64,000 nucleotides of DNA from contig JAZDKB010000009.1 in NCBI GenBank assembly GCA_043803405.1, positions 32,001 to 96,000 on the forward strand, read 5' to 3'. This stretch comes from Spirochaetota bacterium. Its GTDB lineage: Bacteria > Spirochaetota > UBA4802 > JAFGDQ01. A program made the translations under genes and the position numbers. The notes under the pieces were generated by a model. It was not told where the DNA came from. It was given only the letters and a program-made list of their open reading frames with translations, and searched no databases. Below are positions 9,831 to 19,468 of the stretch, one piece after another; positions within the stretch are counted from its first letter, which is position 1, and every line of letters starts with the position of its first letter.

Positions 9831-10721
9831 TTACTCTATTACATAAATAAACACAAAACGGATCAATATAACTTCCCCTTCAATCTCTTCGGGAACTTTT
9901 CCGAAATTTCTGGAATTTTTTATAGAGTCAAGGCATGACGTATCCAGAGATTTATTCCCCATGGATTCGATAATAGCTACATCCAGCAGTTCTCCTTTCC
10001 TGTTCATTGTAAAGTAAAGTTTAACTATTTGATTAGGGATTGCCATTATACGCACCCTGCCTGGAGTGTAACTTCCGGTGACAGGATCGTAACCATATAT
10101 AACTGAATTAGCCAAGAGAGGCGGGAACCAGTGATTTGCAATTTTATCCTTCATTTCTTTAAAATAATGAAATGGTTTAAATTTAAGAGTATTAAAGGAA
10201 AATGTTCCGTCATTTGAATAAAAAATAGCGTTTTCTTTGGTAAAACTGTTTTTATCCGGAATTGCTGTTAATTCGTGCATTCCTCCATCGCCCAGAATTC
10301 CCCCGATTTCCTGCTTCATTATGGAAACGATCAATTCACTGTTATCAGTTACCAGAAGTCCTGTCTTTATACGCTTCTTATTGCTTTGATCAGCAGACCT
10401 GCCCGTTGATTTTGCTCCCTTTTTTAAAGTAAAATCCCTGGAATTATTAAGCCAGCGATCTCCTTTTTGCCTGGTTATGTAACCTTTAGCTGAAGAATCC
10501 TTTTCGGATAAAAGAGTTTTTTCGTCGATAATTCGTTTATTGTCTTCGTTAATATTAACAATTATATCCCTCTGAATGCCGTTATCCATAAAACTTTTTA
10601 ATTTTAAAAAATTTAAAAACTCATCGGAAAAAGGCAGTATTATACCAAAAAGAATGATTATATGCAAGAACAAAGATAATAAAATTATTAACGGGTATTT
10701 AATTTCAGATTCTTTAATCAT
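9831..10721 (-). CDS. TonB C-terminal domain (energy transducer-like) protein
   Basis: N-terminal anchor SLFLHIIIL (SxxxH); C-terminal FTMNRKGELLDVAIIESMGNKSLD...FGKVP. Confidence 0.75.
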   Translation of the reverse strand: MIKESEIKYPLIILLSLFLHIIILFGIILPFSDEFLNFLKLKSFMDNGIQRDIIVNINEDNKRIIDEKTLLSEKDSSAKGYITRQKGDRWLNNSRDFTLKKGAKSTGRSADQSNKKRIKTGLLVTDNSELIVSIMKQEIGGILGDGGMHELTAIPDKNSFTKENAIFYSNDGTFSFNTLKFKPFHYFKEMKDKIANHWFPPLLANSVIYGYDPVTGSYTPGRVRIMAIPNQIVKLYFTMNRKGELLDVAIIESMGNKSLDTSCLDSIKNSRNFGKVPEEIEGEVILIRFVFIYVIE

Positions 10722-10755
10722 CTTATTTTATATTATTAAAAATTTAACAGGCTGA

Positions 10756-10793
10756 CAAACAGAACGGCCACCCTTTTGGGTGGCCTGTTTTGT
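10756..10793 (-). terminator. Hairpin terminator after EF-G gene
   Basis: GGCCACCC-TTTT-GGGTGGCC stem-loop. Confidence 0.65.
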
Positions 10794-10803
10794 TCCACTT
10801 CTA

Positions 10804-12909
10804 TTATTTGCCAGCTTCCTCTTCGAGCTGCTTTTTCCTCTCTTCTATAACTTTTTCTGCTATTTTACCGGAAATTGGATCATAATGAGAAAACTTCATT
10901 TCGAATGATCCTTTACCGCTTGTAATTGATCTTAAATCTATAGAATATTTAAGCATTTCGGCAAGAGGTACATTAGCTTTTACGGAAGATCCACCGGCGT
11001 CGTCACTGGTTCCCATTCCAAGCACCCTCCCTCTTCTACTTGTAATATCGTTTAATATGTCGCCGGTAAATTCTTTATCTACAAACACGGTCACTTCCAT
11101 AATAGGCTCAAGTATCTGAGGCCCGGCTGCTTCTACAGCCAGCTTTAGCGCGTTTCTTCCGGCAATCTTAAACGCCATTTCCGAGGAATCAACATCGTGA
11201 TACGATCCATAATAAAGCTCAACCCAAATATCCACAAGGTGGAATTTACCGAGAACACTCTCTTCCAATCCTTCTCTTAAACCCTTTTCAACACCCGGAA
11301 TATATTGCCTTGGAATTACACCTCCTACTATGCTGTCCTTAAACTCGAATCCCTGCCCTCTTTTTAACGGAGCAACCCTGATATATACTTCGCCGTATTG
11401 TCCGTGACCGCCGGACTGTTTCTTATGTTTATACTGAGCTTCCGCTTTTTTTGTGATCGTCTCTTTATAGGCAATGCGCGGTACTCTTGTATTTATTTCT
11501 ATTTTATTTTTTTCCGCGATTGATTTAAGTATAATATCGAGCTGCATTTCTCCCATGCCGGAAAGTACTGTCTCTTTGGTTTCAGCATTAAAGGAACAGC
11601 TTATTGTAGGATTTTCATCTGTAATCTTATGAAAAGCCTGACTTACTTTATCTTCGTCCGCCTTGTTTGGAGTTTCAATGGCAAAAGAAAAAAGCGGACG
11701 AGGAAGGTTCAATAACGGCAGTACAACAGGATGTTTTGGGTCGCATAGAGTGTCACCGGTTGATGTCTTTTCCAGTTTAACAACTACACCAATATCACCA
11801 GAGCATAATGAAGGGATATCGTATTGTTTGTTGCCGATCATTGTATGTAATTTTGAGGATCTCTCTCTGACGCTTTTACTTGTGTTTAGCAGTTCCGCAT
11901 CAGGCAAAAGCTGACCGGATATTACTTTCATATAATTAAATCTGCCGGCATACTGATCAATATTTGTTTTCCATACTACTGCGGAAAACGGCTTATTCGG
12001 AAGACTTTCTACAATTATTTCTTTTGTAATATCATTCGGGTTATGGCCTTTAAACTGTTTCCCGATCGCAGGCGACGGCGCAAAATTTTTAATTATTTCA
12101 AGAAGTGTTTTAACGCCTATTGCCTTTGTTGCCGATCCGCAAAGAACTGGAGCAACCTTTGCCTGACCTAAAAGACTGCCGATACCCTTATGGATTTCCT
12201 CGTCAGTCAGCTTGCCGCTGTCCAGGAATTTTTCGATCAGGGCGTCATCGCCCTCTGCTGAAAGTTCCGTTATCTGGCTCTTATATTCTTCCGCAGTACC
12301 CGTAATGTTATCGGGAATCGCGGAAATCTGAACATCTTTGCCGTCCCCTTTCGGAGTGACAGCTTTCATTTTAAGGATATCTACTACGCCGCTAAAAGTA
12401 TTGCTTGCTCCGATCGGTATTGAAAGCGGCATTATATTCGCATTTAATTTAGATTTAATATTTTCGACAGCTTTGACGTAATCAGCTCTATCCTTATCCA
12501 TTTTATTTATAAAAAATATTCTGGGGATTTTTCTATCGAAGATATATCTGCAGACTTTTTCCGTTTCGATCTGAACTCCGTCGACCGCATCAACTATTAT
12601 TATTGCTGCTTCAGCTGTCTGCAGTCCCGCGCGAACTTCTCCGACAAAGTCGGCCAGTCCGGGAGTGTCAATTATGTTAATCTTGACATCATTAAGCTCA
12701 ACAAAGCCCATTGAGCTTTTAATAGACATGGTTCTTTTTTTCTCTTCTTCATCAAAATCCGAAGTAAGTGTTCCGTCATTTGGATTCCCTATCTTGTCGA
12801 TTTTGCCTCCGGCAAAAAGCATAGCGTCAAGCAGTGTTGATTTGCCGGTACTGCTGTGTCCCACAATAACAACATTTCTAATGTGACCTGTTTGATACTC
12901 CTTTAACAT
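10804..12909 (-). CDS. fusA: Elongation factor G paralogue (EF-G2-like, stand-alone)
   Basis: GHSSTGKST, DTPG, NKMD, KKQSGGHGQYG, SYHDVDSSEMAFK; G2 motif RTMSI instead of RGITI; no str operon genes adjacent. Confidence 0.9.
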   Translation of the reverse strand: MLKEYQTGHIRNVVIVGHSSTGKSTLLDAMLFAGGKIDKIGNPNDGTLTSDFDEEEKKRTMSIKSSMGFVELNDVKINIIDTPGLADFVGEVRAGLQTAEAAIIIVDAVDGVQIETEKVCRYIFDRKIPRIFFINKMDKDRADYVKAVENIKSKLNANIMPLSIPIGASNTFSGVVDILKMKAVTPKGDGKDVQISAIPDNITGTAEEYKSQITELSAEGDDALIEKFLDSGKLTDEEIHKGIGSLLGQAKVAPVLCGSATKAIGVKTLLEIIKNFAPSPAIGKQFKGHNPNDITKEIIVESLPNKPFSAVVWKTNIDQYAGRFNYMKVISGQLLPDAELLNTSKSVRERSSKLHTMIGNKQYDIPSLCSGDIGVVVKLEKTSTGDTLCDPKHPVVLPLLNLPRPLFSFAIETPNKADEDKVSQAFHKITDENPTISCSFNAETKETVLSGMGEMQLDIILKSIAEKNKIEINTRVPRIAYKETITKKAEAQYKHKKQSGGHGQYGEVYIRVAPLKRGQGFEFKDSIVGGVIPRQYIPGVEKGLREGLEESVLGKFHLVDIWVELYYGSYHDVDSSEMAFKIAGRNALKLAVEAAGPQILEPIMEVTVFVDKEFTGDILNDITSRRGRVLGMGTSDDAGGSSVKANVPLAEMLKYSIDLRSITSGKGSFEMKFSHYDPISGKIAEKVIEERKKQLEEEAGK

Positions 12910-13251
12910 TTTAGAACCTCCACCAAATCTATTTAAATAAAATTATCTCCTGTAAACTTTTTAGCCAGTCTTTAGCTGTGACCAGATATATTTAGATTTA
13001 TTTTGAAAAAATGCGGCTTCTCAAACAACTTGTATCTATTTATATTTTGTGCGGTGATACATTCATTTGAGGAAAAATATTTCTTTTGATTGATACACAA
13101 CATAAAATAGGGTTTGTAATTTGTAAAGTATTATTTGAGCAGGGAATCAGGCATAACAAGTCTCCGAAAAAAAATTTTTAAAGTATTCTTCTTGTATTTT
13201 TCAATAAATATAATATTTTATAGTTGGAGATAATAATACAGGAGGGAATAT

Positions 13252-13413
13252 ATGGAAATCCAGAACATCAGCGGTGCCGATATAATTTCCGGAGGATTCA
13301 ATGCCAATTCCAGGGTTTCGGGCGAGAATGCAAAAGTTGAAAAACAGGAAGCAAAGGAAGAAACGGTTAATCCTGAAAAAGAGAAAGGAAATATAATAGA
13401 CACAAAAGCTTAA
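13252..13413 (+). CDS. Small 53-aa protein, YjfB-like C-terminus (not in ORF track)
   Basis: GGAGGG RBS; MEIQNISGADIISGGFNANSRVSGENAKVEKQEAKEETVNPEKEKGNIIDTKA; ends in G-x-x-I-D-x-x-A motif. Confidence 0.6.
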   Translation: MEIQNISGADIISGGFNANSRVSGENAKVEKQEAKEETVNPEKEKGNIIDTKA

Positions 13414-13452
13414 ATTATATAATTTTTATGATAATAAATATTTGCTCTATGT

Positions 13453-13542
13453 AGCGTTTATTACATTATAAATAATGTTCATTACGCAAAAAGTAGCGTT
13501 CATTACACTTCGGTTGACTAAAAAAAATTTTTATATTATTGT
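13453..13542 (+). promoter_or_regulatory. Three 9-bp direct repeats at 21-bp period (LytTR-type operator) followed by TTGACT -35
   Basis: AGCGTTTAT (13453), AATGTTCAT (13474), AGCGTTCAT (13495), each followed by TAC; TTGACT at 13514, TATTGT 17 bp later. Confidence 0.6.
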
Positions 13543-13582
13543 ATTTATAGATATATAAATAATTTCAGGGTATAATATAAAA

Positions 13583-13657
13583 ATGCAACTCTTAAGAATA
13601 GTTGTCTGGATTTGCCTGGTGTTAACACTTCTCTATGTATCACAATTTATCATTTAA
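13583..13657 (+). CDS. Putative 24-aa hydrophobic peptide MQLLRIVVWICLVLTLLYVSQFII
   Basis: Manual translation; single TM-like helix; lies directly downstream of the repeat-bearing promoter; RBS weak. Confidence 0.35.
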   Translation: MQLLRIVVWICLVLTLLYVSQFII

Positions 13658-13714
13658 AATTAAAGAAATCAATTGATATGCAAAAATAATTTTTTTCAAT
13701 TTCAGGGTACGTAT

Positions 13715-14254
13715 TTATTTGCTGCCCTTAACTTTATATCTTTTTATAATATAATGATAAATTGTACACAGTGCCGGATCTAAAGAAATTTCTATTCCGA
13801 CATCAATCAGTACGTCGCTTCTGTTGCTTTTAAACCATGTAAAAAGTCTGCGCGATGCTTCTTTTTCGTTACCGGACGAATTGCATATATTGACTATTTT
13901 TCTCATTTCCTCGAGAGTAAAAAATTTCCTTGCTCTGTTAATTACAAAAATAAACGAACTGCCGTCGTCAGCTTCTTTTATTTCCATGCCGGTTTTATCC
14001 GAAAACGGCGGCTTTTTAATTTTAATTTTGATGCCTTTTTTTAATTCCGTGTTGTGTTCATCTACCTTTTTATTATAGATAAAGACCTGCGCCTGCTTTA
14101 TCAAAAAAACAATTCCGTCTTCATCAACTTCCTTTACCAGATTATTAAGCTGTTTTATAAGGTTTTTTTTGTTTAAATTATCCTTATTAACTGTTTTACT
14201 ACCGGTTTTTTTTGTTTTAACGGATTTGCTTTTATTTTTTATTTTTTCTTTCAT
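13715..14254 (-). CDS. Hypothetical protein with Lys-rich N-terminus
   Basis: ORF track 13715..14320; likely start ATG 14254 (MKEKIKNK). Confidence 0.6.
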   Translation of the reverse strand: MKEKIKNKSKSVKTKKTGSKTVNKDNLNKKNLIKQLNNLVKEVDEDGIVFLIKQAQVFIYNKKVDEHNTELKKGIKIKIKKPPFSDKTGMEIKEADDGSSFIFVINRARKFFTLEEMRKIVNICNSSGNEKEASRRLFTWFKSNRSDVLIDVGIEISLDPALCTIYHYIIKRYKVKGSK

Positions 14255-14426
14255 TGTTTTACTCCGGTTGAATTTTTGAATTACAGGTTTGCATATTACT
14301 TGCGTGATAAAAAAAATCAAGATATATCTTTATTATTTTTATTGACTCAACAGTCAAAGAAGAATAATTATTACACTCAATTGGAAAAGTCCGATATTTT
14401 TAAAATCTATTTTTGAAAAATATAAA

Positions 14427-15302
14427 ATGCATAAAATCTGCGCAATTAATATAAGACCCGAGGATAAGGAATCCATAGCATATACTAAAAAAATAATTGA
14501 AATGCTGGAGAGCAAAGGAGTTGAGGTTTTGCTGCCGGATTATCCTATTCTTAAAGATGCCAGTCTCTCTCATTATATCACAGAACAAAAAATGTACTCT
14601 GCAAAACCTGACCTTGTAATTTCAATAGGAGGCGACGGTACGTTGCTTCATACTGCGCGTATATTTGCGGGAACCGGTTACCCCATATTCAGCATTAATA
14701 AGGGCAGACTGGGATTTTTAACAGAGTTCATGCCGGATGAAGCTATCGAGCATCTTGAAGCGATCATTAATCAGAGATATGAAAAGACCGAGCGCGATAT
14801 GCTTGAACTCATTCATATAAAAGAAGGCAGGGAAATAAACAATATTTCATTATTAAATGATGTTGCTATTTCGAGAGGAATATTTTCGCGGCCTATTACA
14901 ATTAATCTTGCAATAGACGGCAAATTCCTTAACTCGTTTTCCGGTGACGGTCTCATCATTGCGACATCTACCGGTTCCACAGCATACTCGCTTTCAGCCG
15001 GAGGCCCGATTATTACTCCGACAATAAAAGATATTTTGCTGATTATGCCGATTTGCCCCCATACTCTTGCGACAAGGCCGCTTATTATTCCCGGCAAATC
15101 AAAATTAAAAGTCACAATAGGCTCTAAACTCGGCAATACTGTTATGACGATCGACGGACACGAATCGATTGCTATTGCACGCAACGATGAAATATATCTT
15201 ACAGAAACAAATAAAAAAACAATTTTAATTACACATCCCGACCGTAATTTCTATGAAGTATTAAAACAAAAATTTAACTGGGGTCACAATTCTTTTATAT
15301 AG
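14427..15302 (+). CDS. nadK: NAD kinase
   Basis: GGDGTLL, GRLGFL, LNDV, GDGLIIATSTGSTAYSLSAGGP. Confidence 0.95.
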   Translation: MHKICAINIRPEDKESIAYTKKIIEMLESKGVEVLLPDYPILKDASLSHYITEQKMYSAKPDLVISIGGDGTLLHTARIFAGTGYPIFSINKGRLGFLTEFMPDEAIEHLEAIINQRYEKTERDMLELIHIKEGREINNISLLNDVAISRGIFSRPITINLAIDGKFLNSFSGDGLIIATSTGSTAYSLSAGGPIITPTIKDILLIMPICPHTLATRPLIIPGKSKLKVTIGSKLGNTVMTIDGHESIAIARNDEIYLTETNKKTILITHPDRNFYEVLKQKFNWGHNSFI

Positions 15303-15310
15303 GGAAAATA

Positions 15311-17017
15311 ATGCTTCTAGAATTAAAGATAAACAATTTTATTTTAATAGAAGATCTTAAGCTTAAATTCGACCGCGGACTGAATATTCTTACAGGCGAA
15401 ACAGGTACCGGCAAATCGATTCTTATTGACGCTTTGTCCGGTGTGCTTGGAGAAAAGATGACGACCGATATGATACGCTCCGGCAGTGAACGCGCAATAC
15501 TGGAAGGCGTATTCGACATAGCCAGTCTCCCGCAGGTAAAATCGATTCTGGATGAATCGGGAATCGATTACGATGATAATGTCCTGGTACAGAGACGCGA
15601 GCTTTATTCGAGCGGTAAAGGACGGTGTTTCGCTAACTCGACGCAGATTCCGATAGCAAAGCTTAAAGAGATTTCCGAGTATCTTGTGGATATTCACGGG
15701 CAGAACGAACATCAGAGTATTGTTAAGGCTGCAAGGCACAGAGAACTCCTGGACAGCTTTGGGAAGCTGGAGAGCAGAGTAAGCCAGGTAAACGCGCTTT
15801 ATAACAAGCTTAATAATTTACAGGAAAGAATAGACTCATTCAAAATAGACGAGCGGGAAAAAGCCAGAAGGATTGAATACCTTTCTTTTGCGATCAAAGA
15901 AATCGAATCGGCAAAGCTTGCGCCTGGAGAAGAGCAAAATCTTGAGACAGAATCGTCAATACTTTCTAACGCTGAAAAATTATTCGAAGAAATAAATAAT
16001 GCTTCCGGGCTTTTAAAAGATGACGGCGGTATTATTCAGAGCCTTAAAAAAGCCGAACGCGGACTGCTTTCAATATCCGAATATGACCCAGCTATTTCGA
16101 ATACACTGGATTCAATCAGGAGCGCACTTTATCCACTGGAAGACGCCGCTGCATTTTTAACGAGTTATGAAAAAAGCATAGATTTTTCTCCGGAGCGCAT
16201 CAACGAAGTAGAAGCAAGGCTTTCACTTATATCGAACCTGAAAAAAAAATACGGCTTGTCAATAGACGATATACTGGAATACCTTAGAAAAGCCATCGAA
16301 GAACTCAGGACTATTTCCTCCAGCGACGAAGAGATAGGCAGGTTAATGGAAGAGTACAAAGCAGCGATAAAAGAAACAAAACTGGTTGCGTTCGATCTTT
16401 CGGACAGAAGAAAGCAGGCTGCTAAAATCCTTGAAGAAAATGTAATTTCCGAGTTAAAAGATTTAGGAATGGACGGCACCGTTTTCCGGATTTCGATACA
16501 GAGAGATTTCAGCCCGGACGGTAAAATTGAAAAAGACAATAAAACGTATGTGCTTTATCCGCACGGTCTGGACAGGATCGAATTTTTAATATCGGCAAAT
16601 GAAGGCGAAGATTTAAAGCAGTTGAAGAAAGTCGCGTCCGGGGGAGAAATGTCCAGAATAATGCTGGCGTTGAAGAAAGTAATCCTTTCCGCCGACATTG
16701 TAGACACGCTTATCTTCGACGAAGTCGACGCAGGCATTGGCGGCAAAACCGCGGAGATTGTCGGCAGAAAGCTTAAGTCACTCGCGGTAGACAGGCAGGT
16801 GCTTGTTATTACGCACCTGGCGCAGATAGCGGCAATGTCCGACAATCATTTTACCGTGCTCAAAGAGAAGGTTAACGAACGGGTTACTACCTTCGTAAAA
16901 AATCTCAATAAACCCGAAAAAATAAGGGAAATAGCGCGTATGCTGGCAGGAGAAAAGGTAACGGATATTTCTTTAAGACATGCACAGGAAATGGTCGCTC
17001 TTGCTGAAAAAAAATAA
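15311..17017 (+). CDS. recN: DNA repair protein RecN
   Basis: LTGETGTGKSILIDAL, DIHGQNEHQ, ASGGEMSRIMLALK, FDEVDAGIGG, VITHLAQIAA. Confidence 0.97.
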   Translation: MLLELKINNFILIEDLKLKFDRGLNILTGETGTGKSILIDALSGVLGEKMTTDMIRSGSERAILEGVFDIASLPQVKSILDESGIDYDDNVLVQRRELYSSGKGRCFANSTQIPIAKLKEISEYLVDIHGQNEHQSIVKAARHRELLDSFGKLESRVSQVNALYNKLNNLQERIDSFKIDEREKARRIEYLSFAIKEIESAKLAPGEEQNLETESSILSNAEKLFEEINNASGLLKDDGGIIQSLKKAERGLLSISEYDPAISNTLDSIRSALYPLEDAAAFLTSYEKSIDFSPERINEVEARLSLISNLKKKYGLSIDDILEYLRKAIEELRTISSSDEEIGRLMEEYKAAIKETKLVAFDLSDRRKQAAKILEENVISELKDLGMDGTVFRISIQRDFSPDGKIEKDNKTYVLYPHGLDRIEFLISANEGEDLKQLKKVASGGEMSRIMLALKKVILSADIVDTLIFDEVDAGIGGKTAEIVGRKLKSLAVDRQVLVITHLAQIAAMSDNHFTVLKEKVNERVTTFVKNLNKPEKIREIARMLAGEKVTDISLRHAQEMVALAEKK

Positions 17018-17031
17018 TAAATATTTGAACT

Positions 17032-17607
17032 TTGAAATTACAGAAATTAAATATAACCGATATCCTTACAGATATAATTAAAGAAATAACGATCAGGTCT
17101 GAATCATTTTCGCATATTGATGCAAAAAAAATAACTGTATGCCTGGGGTCGAACAGAAACAACTGCCGGGGAGCCATCTACGGAAAACTGGTGCCGCTTA
17201 AATTTAAAGACGGATCAGACAAACTGCAATTCAGAGGCAGATATTATAAAATACCTGAAATTATGAATGAAGGCATAGCACAGCTATATGCCGTGTATTT
17301 TTATCTTCCCAAATTTTTTAACCTTTCAGCAGAAGAAAAATTAAGAGTAATATTCCACGAACTCTATCACATTAGCCCGGAGTTCAACGGGGATATACGG
17401 AGGATGGGAAGTGTTAAGAAGGCGCATGGATCATCAAGGAAAAAATTCGATTTAAAATTCGAGAAAGAAGTAAAACTATTTTTTAAATTTATTTCGAATA
17501 CAGCATATCTCGATTTGTTGACAATGGACAGCAAATCCCTGCAAAAAAATTACCTAGTTTATGCGCGCAGAATGAAGATCCCTAAACCTGTTCCTGTAAA
17601 TATATAG
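17032..17607 (+). CDS. Putative zinc metallopeptidase (HExxH)
   Basis: VIFHELYHISPEFNGDIRR...H; 14 bp after recN stop. Confidence 0.7.
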   Translation: MKLQKLNITDILTDIIKEITIRSESFSHIDAKKITVCLGSNRNNCRGAIYGKLVPLKFKDGSDKLQFRGRYYKIPEIMNEGIAQLYAVYFYLPKFFNLSAEEKLRVIFHELYHISPEFNGDIRRMGSVKKAHGSSRKKFDLKFEKEVKLFFKFISNTAYLDLLTMDSKSLQKNYLVYARRMKIPKPVPVNI

Positions 17608-17626
17608 ACAAGTATCTCTGCGGACA

Positions 17627-17902
17627 TCAGAACATGTAATCTCCGCGTATTGAGCCTTCGTAATCTGAAACGCTTACATTATCGATTCTGCCGTAAAAGG
17701 AAAACCCGAAAGGATTTTCCTTTAAAGACTGTATATATTTTGAGATCTTTATTTCATCGTCGCAGTCCAGGATAACCTGAACTGTTCCGTTGCTTAAATT
17801 GCTTGCAGATCCTTTGATACCCAGCTTCTTTGCGTTTTCGCTGCAATATCTCCTGCAGAATACGCCCTGCACTATCCCTGATAATATTAATTTCTTTGCC
17901 AT
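17627..17902 (-). CDS. acyP: Acylphosphatase
   Basis: SGIVQGVFCRR and NLSNGTVQV motifs. Confidence 0.85.
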   Translation of the reverse strand: MAKKLILSGIVQGVFCRRYCSENAKKLGIKGSASNLSNGTVQVILDCDDEIKISKYIQSLKENPFGFSFYGRIDNVSVSDYEGSIRGDYMF

Positions 17903-18181
17903 AATATTATTTATTTATAAATTATCAAACAAGCCTTTTTCATTAATCAGTACATATAATATTTTACTTTTTTAATTGACTAAATTAGAATACTCTGTTT
18001 TTAGGATACAGATTCAATTAACCGAACGTCAAGATATATTACAATTTTTTTCTTATTTTTACGATATTATCCGGTCATGGATCTGATTTTAAAATTATTT
18101 ATTGAATCTTTTTATGAATTATAGTATAATACAATTGGCAATTAAAGATTGGCTTCTGATAAATATTAAGGACACCTTTTA

Positions 18182-19420
18182 ATGGACGGATATCTAGTTT
18201 TTGTTCTCATTGTAATAGTCGGAAGTTACCTGATCGATTTAATAGTCGAATTATTAAATCTAAGGCATATATCGGCTATCCTCCCGGATGAATTCAAAGA
18301 AACTTATAACAATGAAAGATATAAAAAGTCCCAGCTTTATTTAAAAGAAAATACGATAACTGAGATCATTTATAAAACTATTTTTACAATAATACTATTA
18401 CTTTTTATTTTAAGCAGCGGATTCAATTACCTGGATAAATTTGCGCGAAGCTTCGGCATGGGACCGATCATCACCGGCCTGATATTCACAGGCGTTCTTG
18501 TATTTACCTGTCATGTTATAGAATTCCCATTTGATATTTACGATACTTTCGTTATCGAAAATAAATACGGTTTCAACAAGATAACCGTTAAAACTTATAT
18601 TCTCGACATGATAAAAAGCGCTGTAATAGGCATAATTATTGGCGGCATTATATATTCATGCATATTATGGTTCTTCGGGAAATTTGAAACTTTTGCATGG
18701 CTTTACTGCTGGTTAGCGGTCGTTATTTTTCAATTATTTTTAAATTTTTTTGCGCCTGTTGTAATTATGCCTTTATTTAACAAATTCATACCGCTTGAAG
18801 ACGGGGACTTAAAAAGATCTATAGAAAATTACGCTCTAAGTCAGAATTTCAAGATGAAAGGATTGTTTAAAATGGACGGCTCAAAGCGGTCGACTAAATC
18901 GAACGCGTATTTTACCGGATTCGGGAAATTCAGAAGAATAGTTTTATTCGACACATTAATCGAAAAGCATACTATCGATGAACTTGTGTCCATACTTGCC
19001 CATGAGATGGGTCATTATAAGAAGAAGCATGTTTATAAAACAATTTTTATGGGTATAATAACTGCCGGATTTTTGTTTTTTCTTCTTTCGCTTTTTATTA
19101 ATAATCCGGCGCTTTTTAAAGCATTTAACATGGAGAATACTTCAGTTTATGTCAGCATGGTATTTTTCGGATTCCTGTATTCGCCGGTAATGGAAATCAT
19201 TTCTTTATATGGTAACCATTTATCCAGAAAGCAGGAATACGAAGCGGATGCCTTTGCAGTAAACACGGGCAGTAAACCGGAAGCATTGGTTTCCGCCCTT
19301 AAAAAATTATGCGCTGACAATCTCTCTAACCTGACACCGCACCCTTTAATGGTATTTATGAAATATACCCATCCGCCTGTCTTAAAACGAATTGAAAGTA
19401 TCCGGAAGATAATTCGGTAA
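18182..19420 (+). CDS. M48 family (Ste24-like) membrane metallopeptidase
   Basis: DGSKRSTKSNAYFTGFG, LAHEMGH, SRKQEYEADAF, THPP. Confidence 0.92.
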   Translation: MDGYLVFVLIVIVGSYLIDLIVELLNLRHISAILPDEFKETYNNERYKKSQLYLKENTITEIIYKTIFTIILLLFILSSGFNYLDKFARSFGMGPIITGLIFTGVLVFTCHVIEFPFDIYDTFVIENKYGFNKITVKTYILDMIKSAVIGIIIGGIIYSCILWFFGKFETFAWLYCWLAVVIFQLFLNFFAPVVIMPLFNKFIPLEDGDLKRSIENYALSQNFKMKGLFKMDGSKRSTKSNAYFTGFGKFRRIVLFDTLIEKHTIDELVSILAHEMGHYKKKHVYKTIFMGIITAGFLFFLLSLFINNPALFKAFNMENTSVYVSMVFFGFLYSPVMEIISLYGNHLSRKQEYEADAFAVNTGSKPEALVSALKKLCADNLSNLTPHPLMVFMKYTHPPVLKRIESIRKIIR

Positions 19421-19468
19421 CTCATCCGCAGATTTTTCTCAGTGCAGCAGTTAGCCGGAATTATTAAG

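Noticed and set aside
13218..13403. 61-aa minus-strand ORF
   Set aside because: The plus-strand 13252-13413 ORF has the RBS and protein-like sequence
13451..13506. Short repeats as a mini CRISPR array
   Set aside because: Units and spacers far too short, no cas genes; better explained as protein-binding sites
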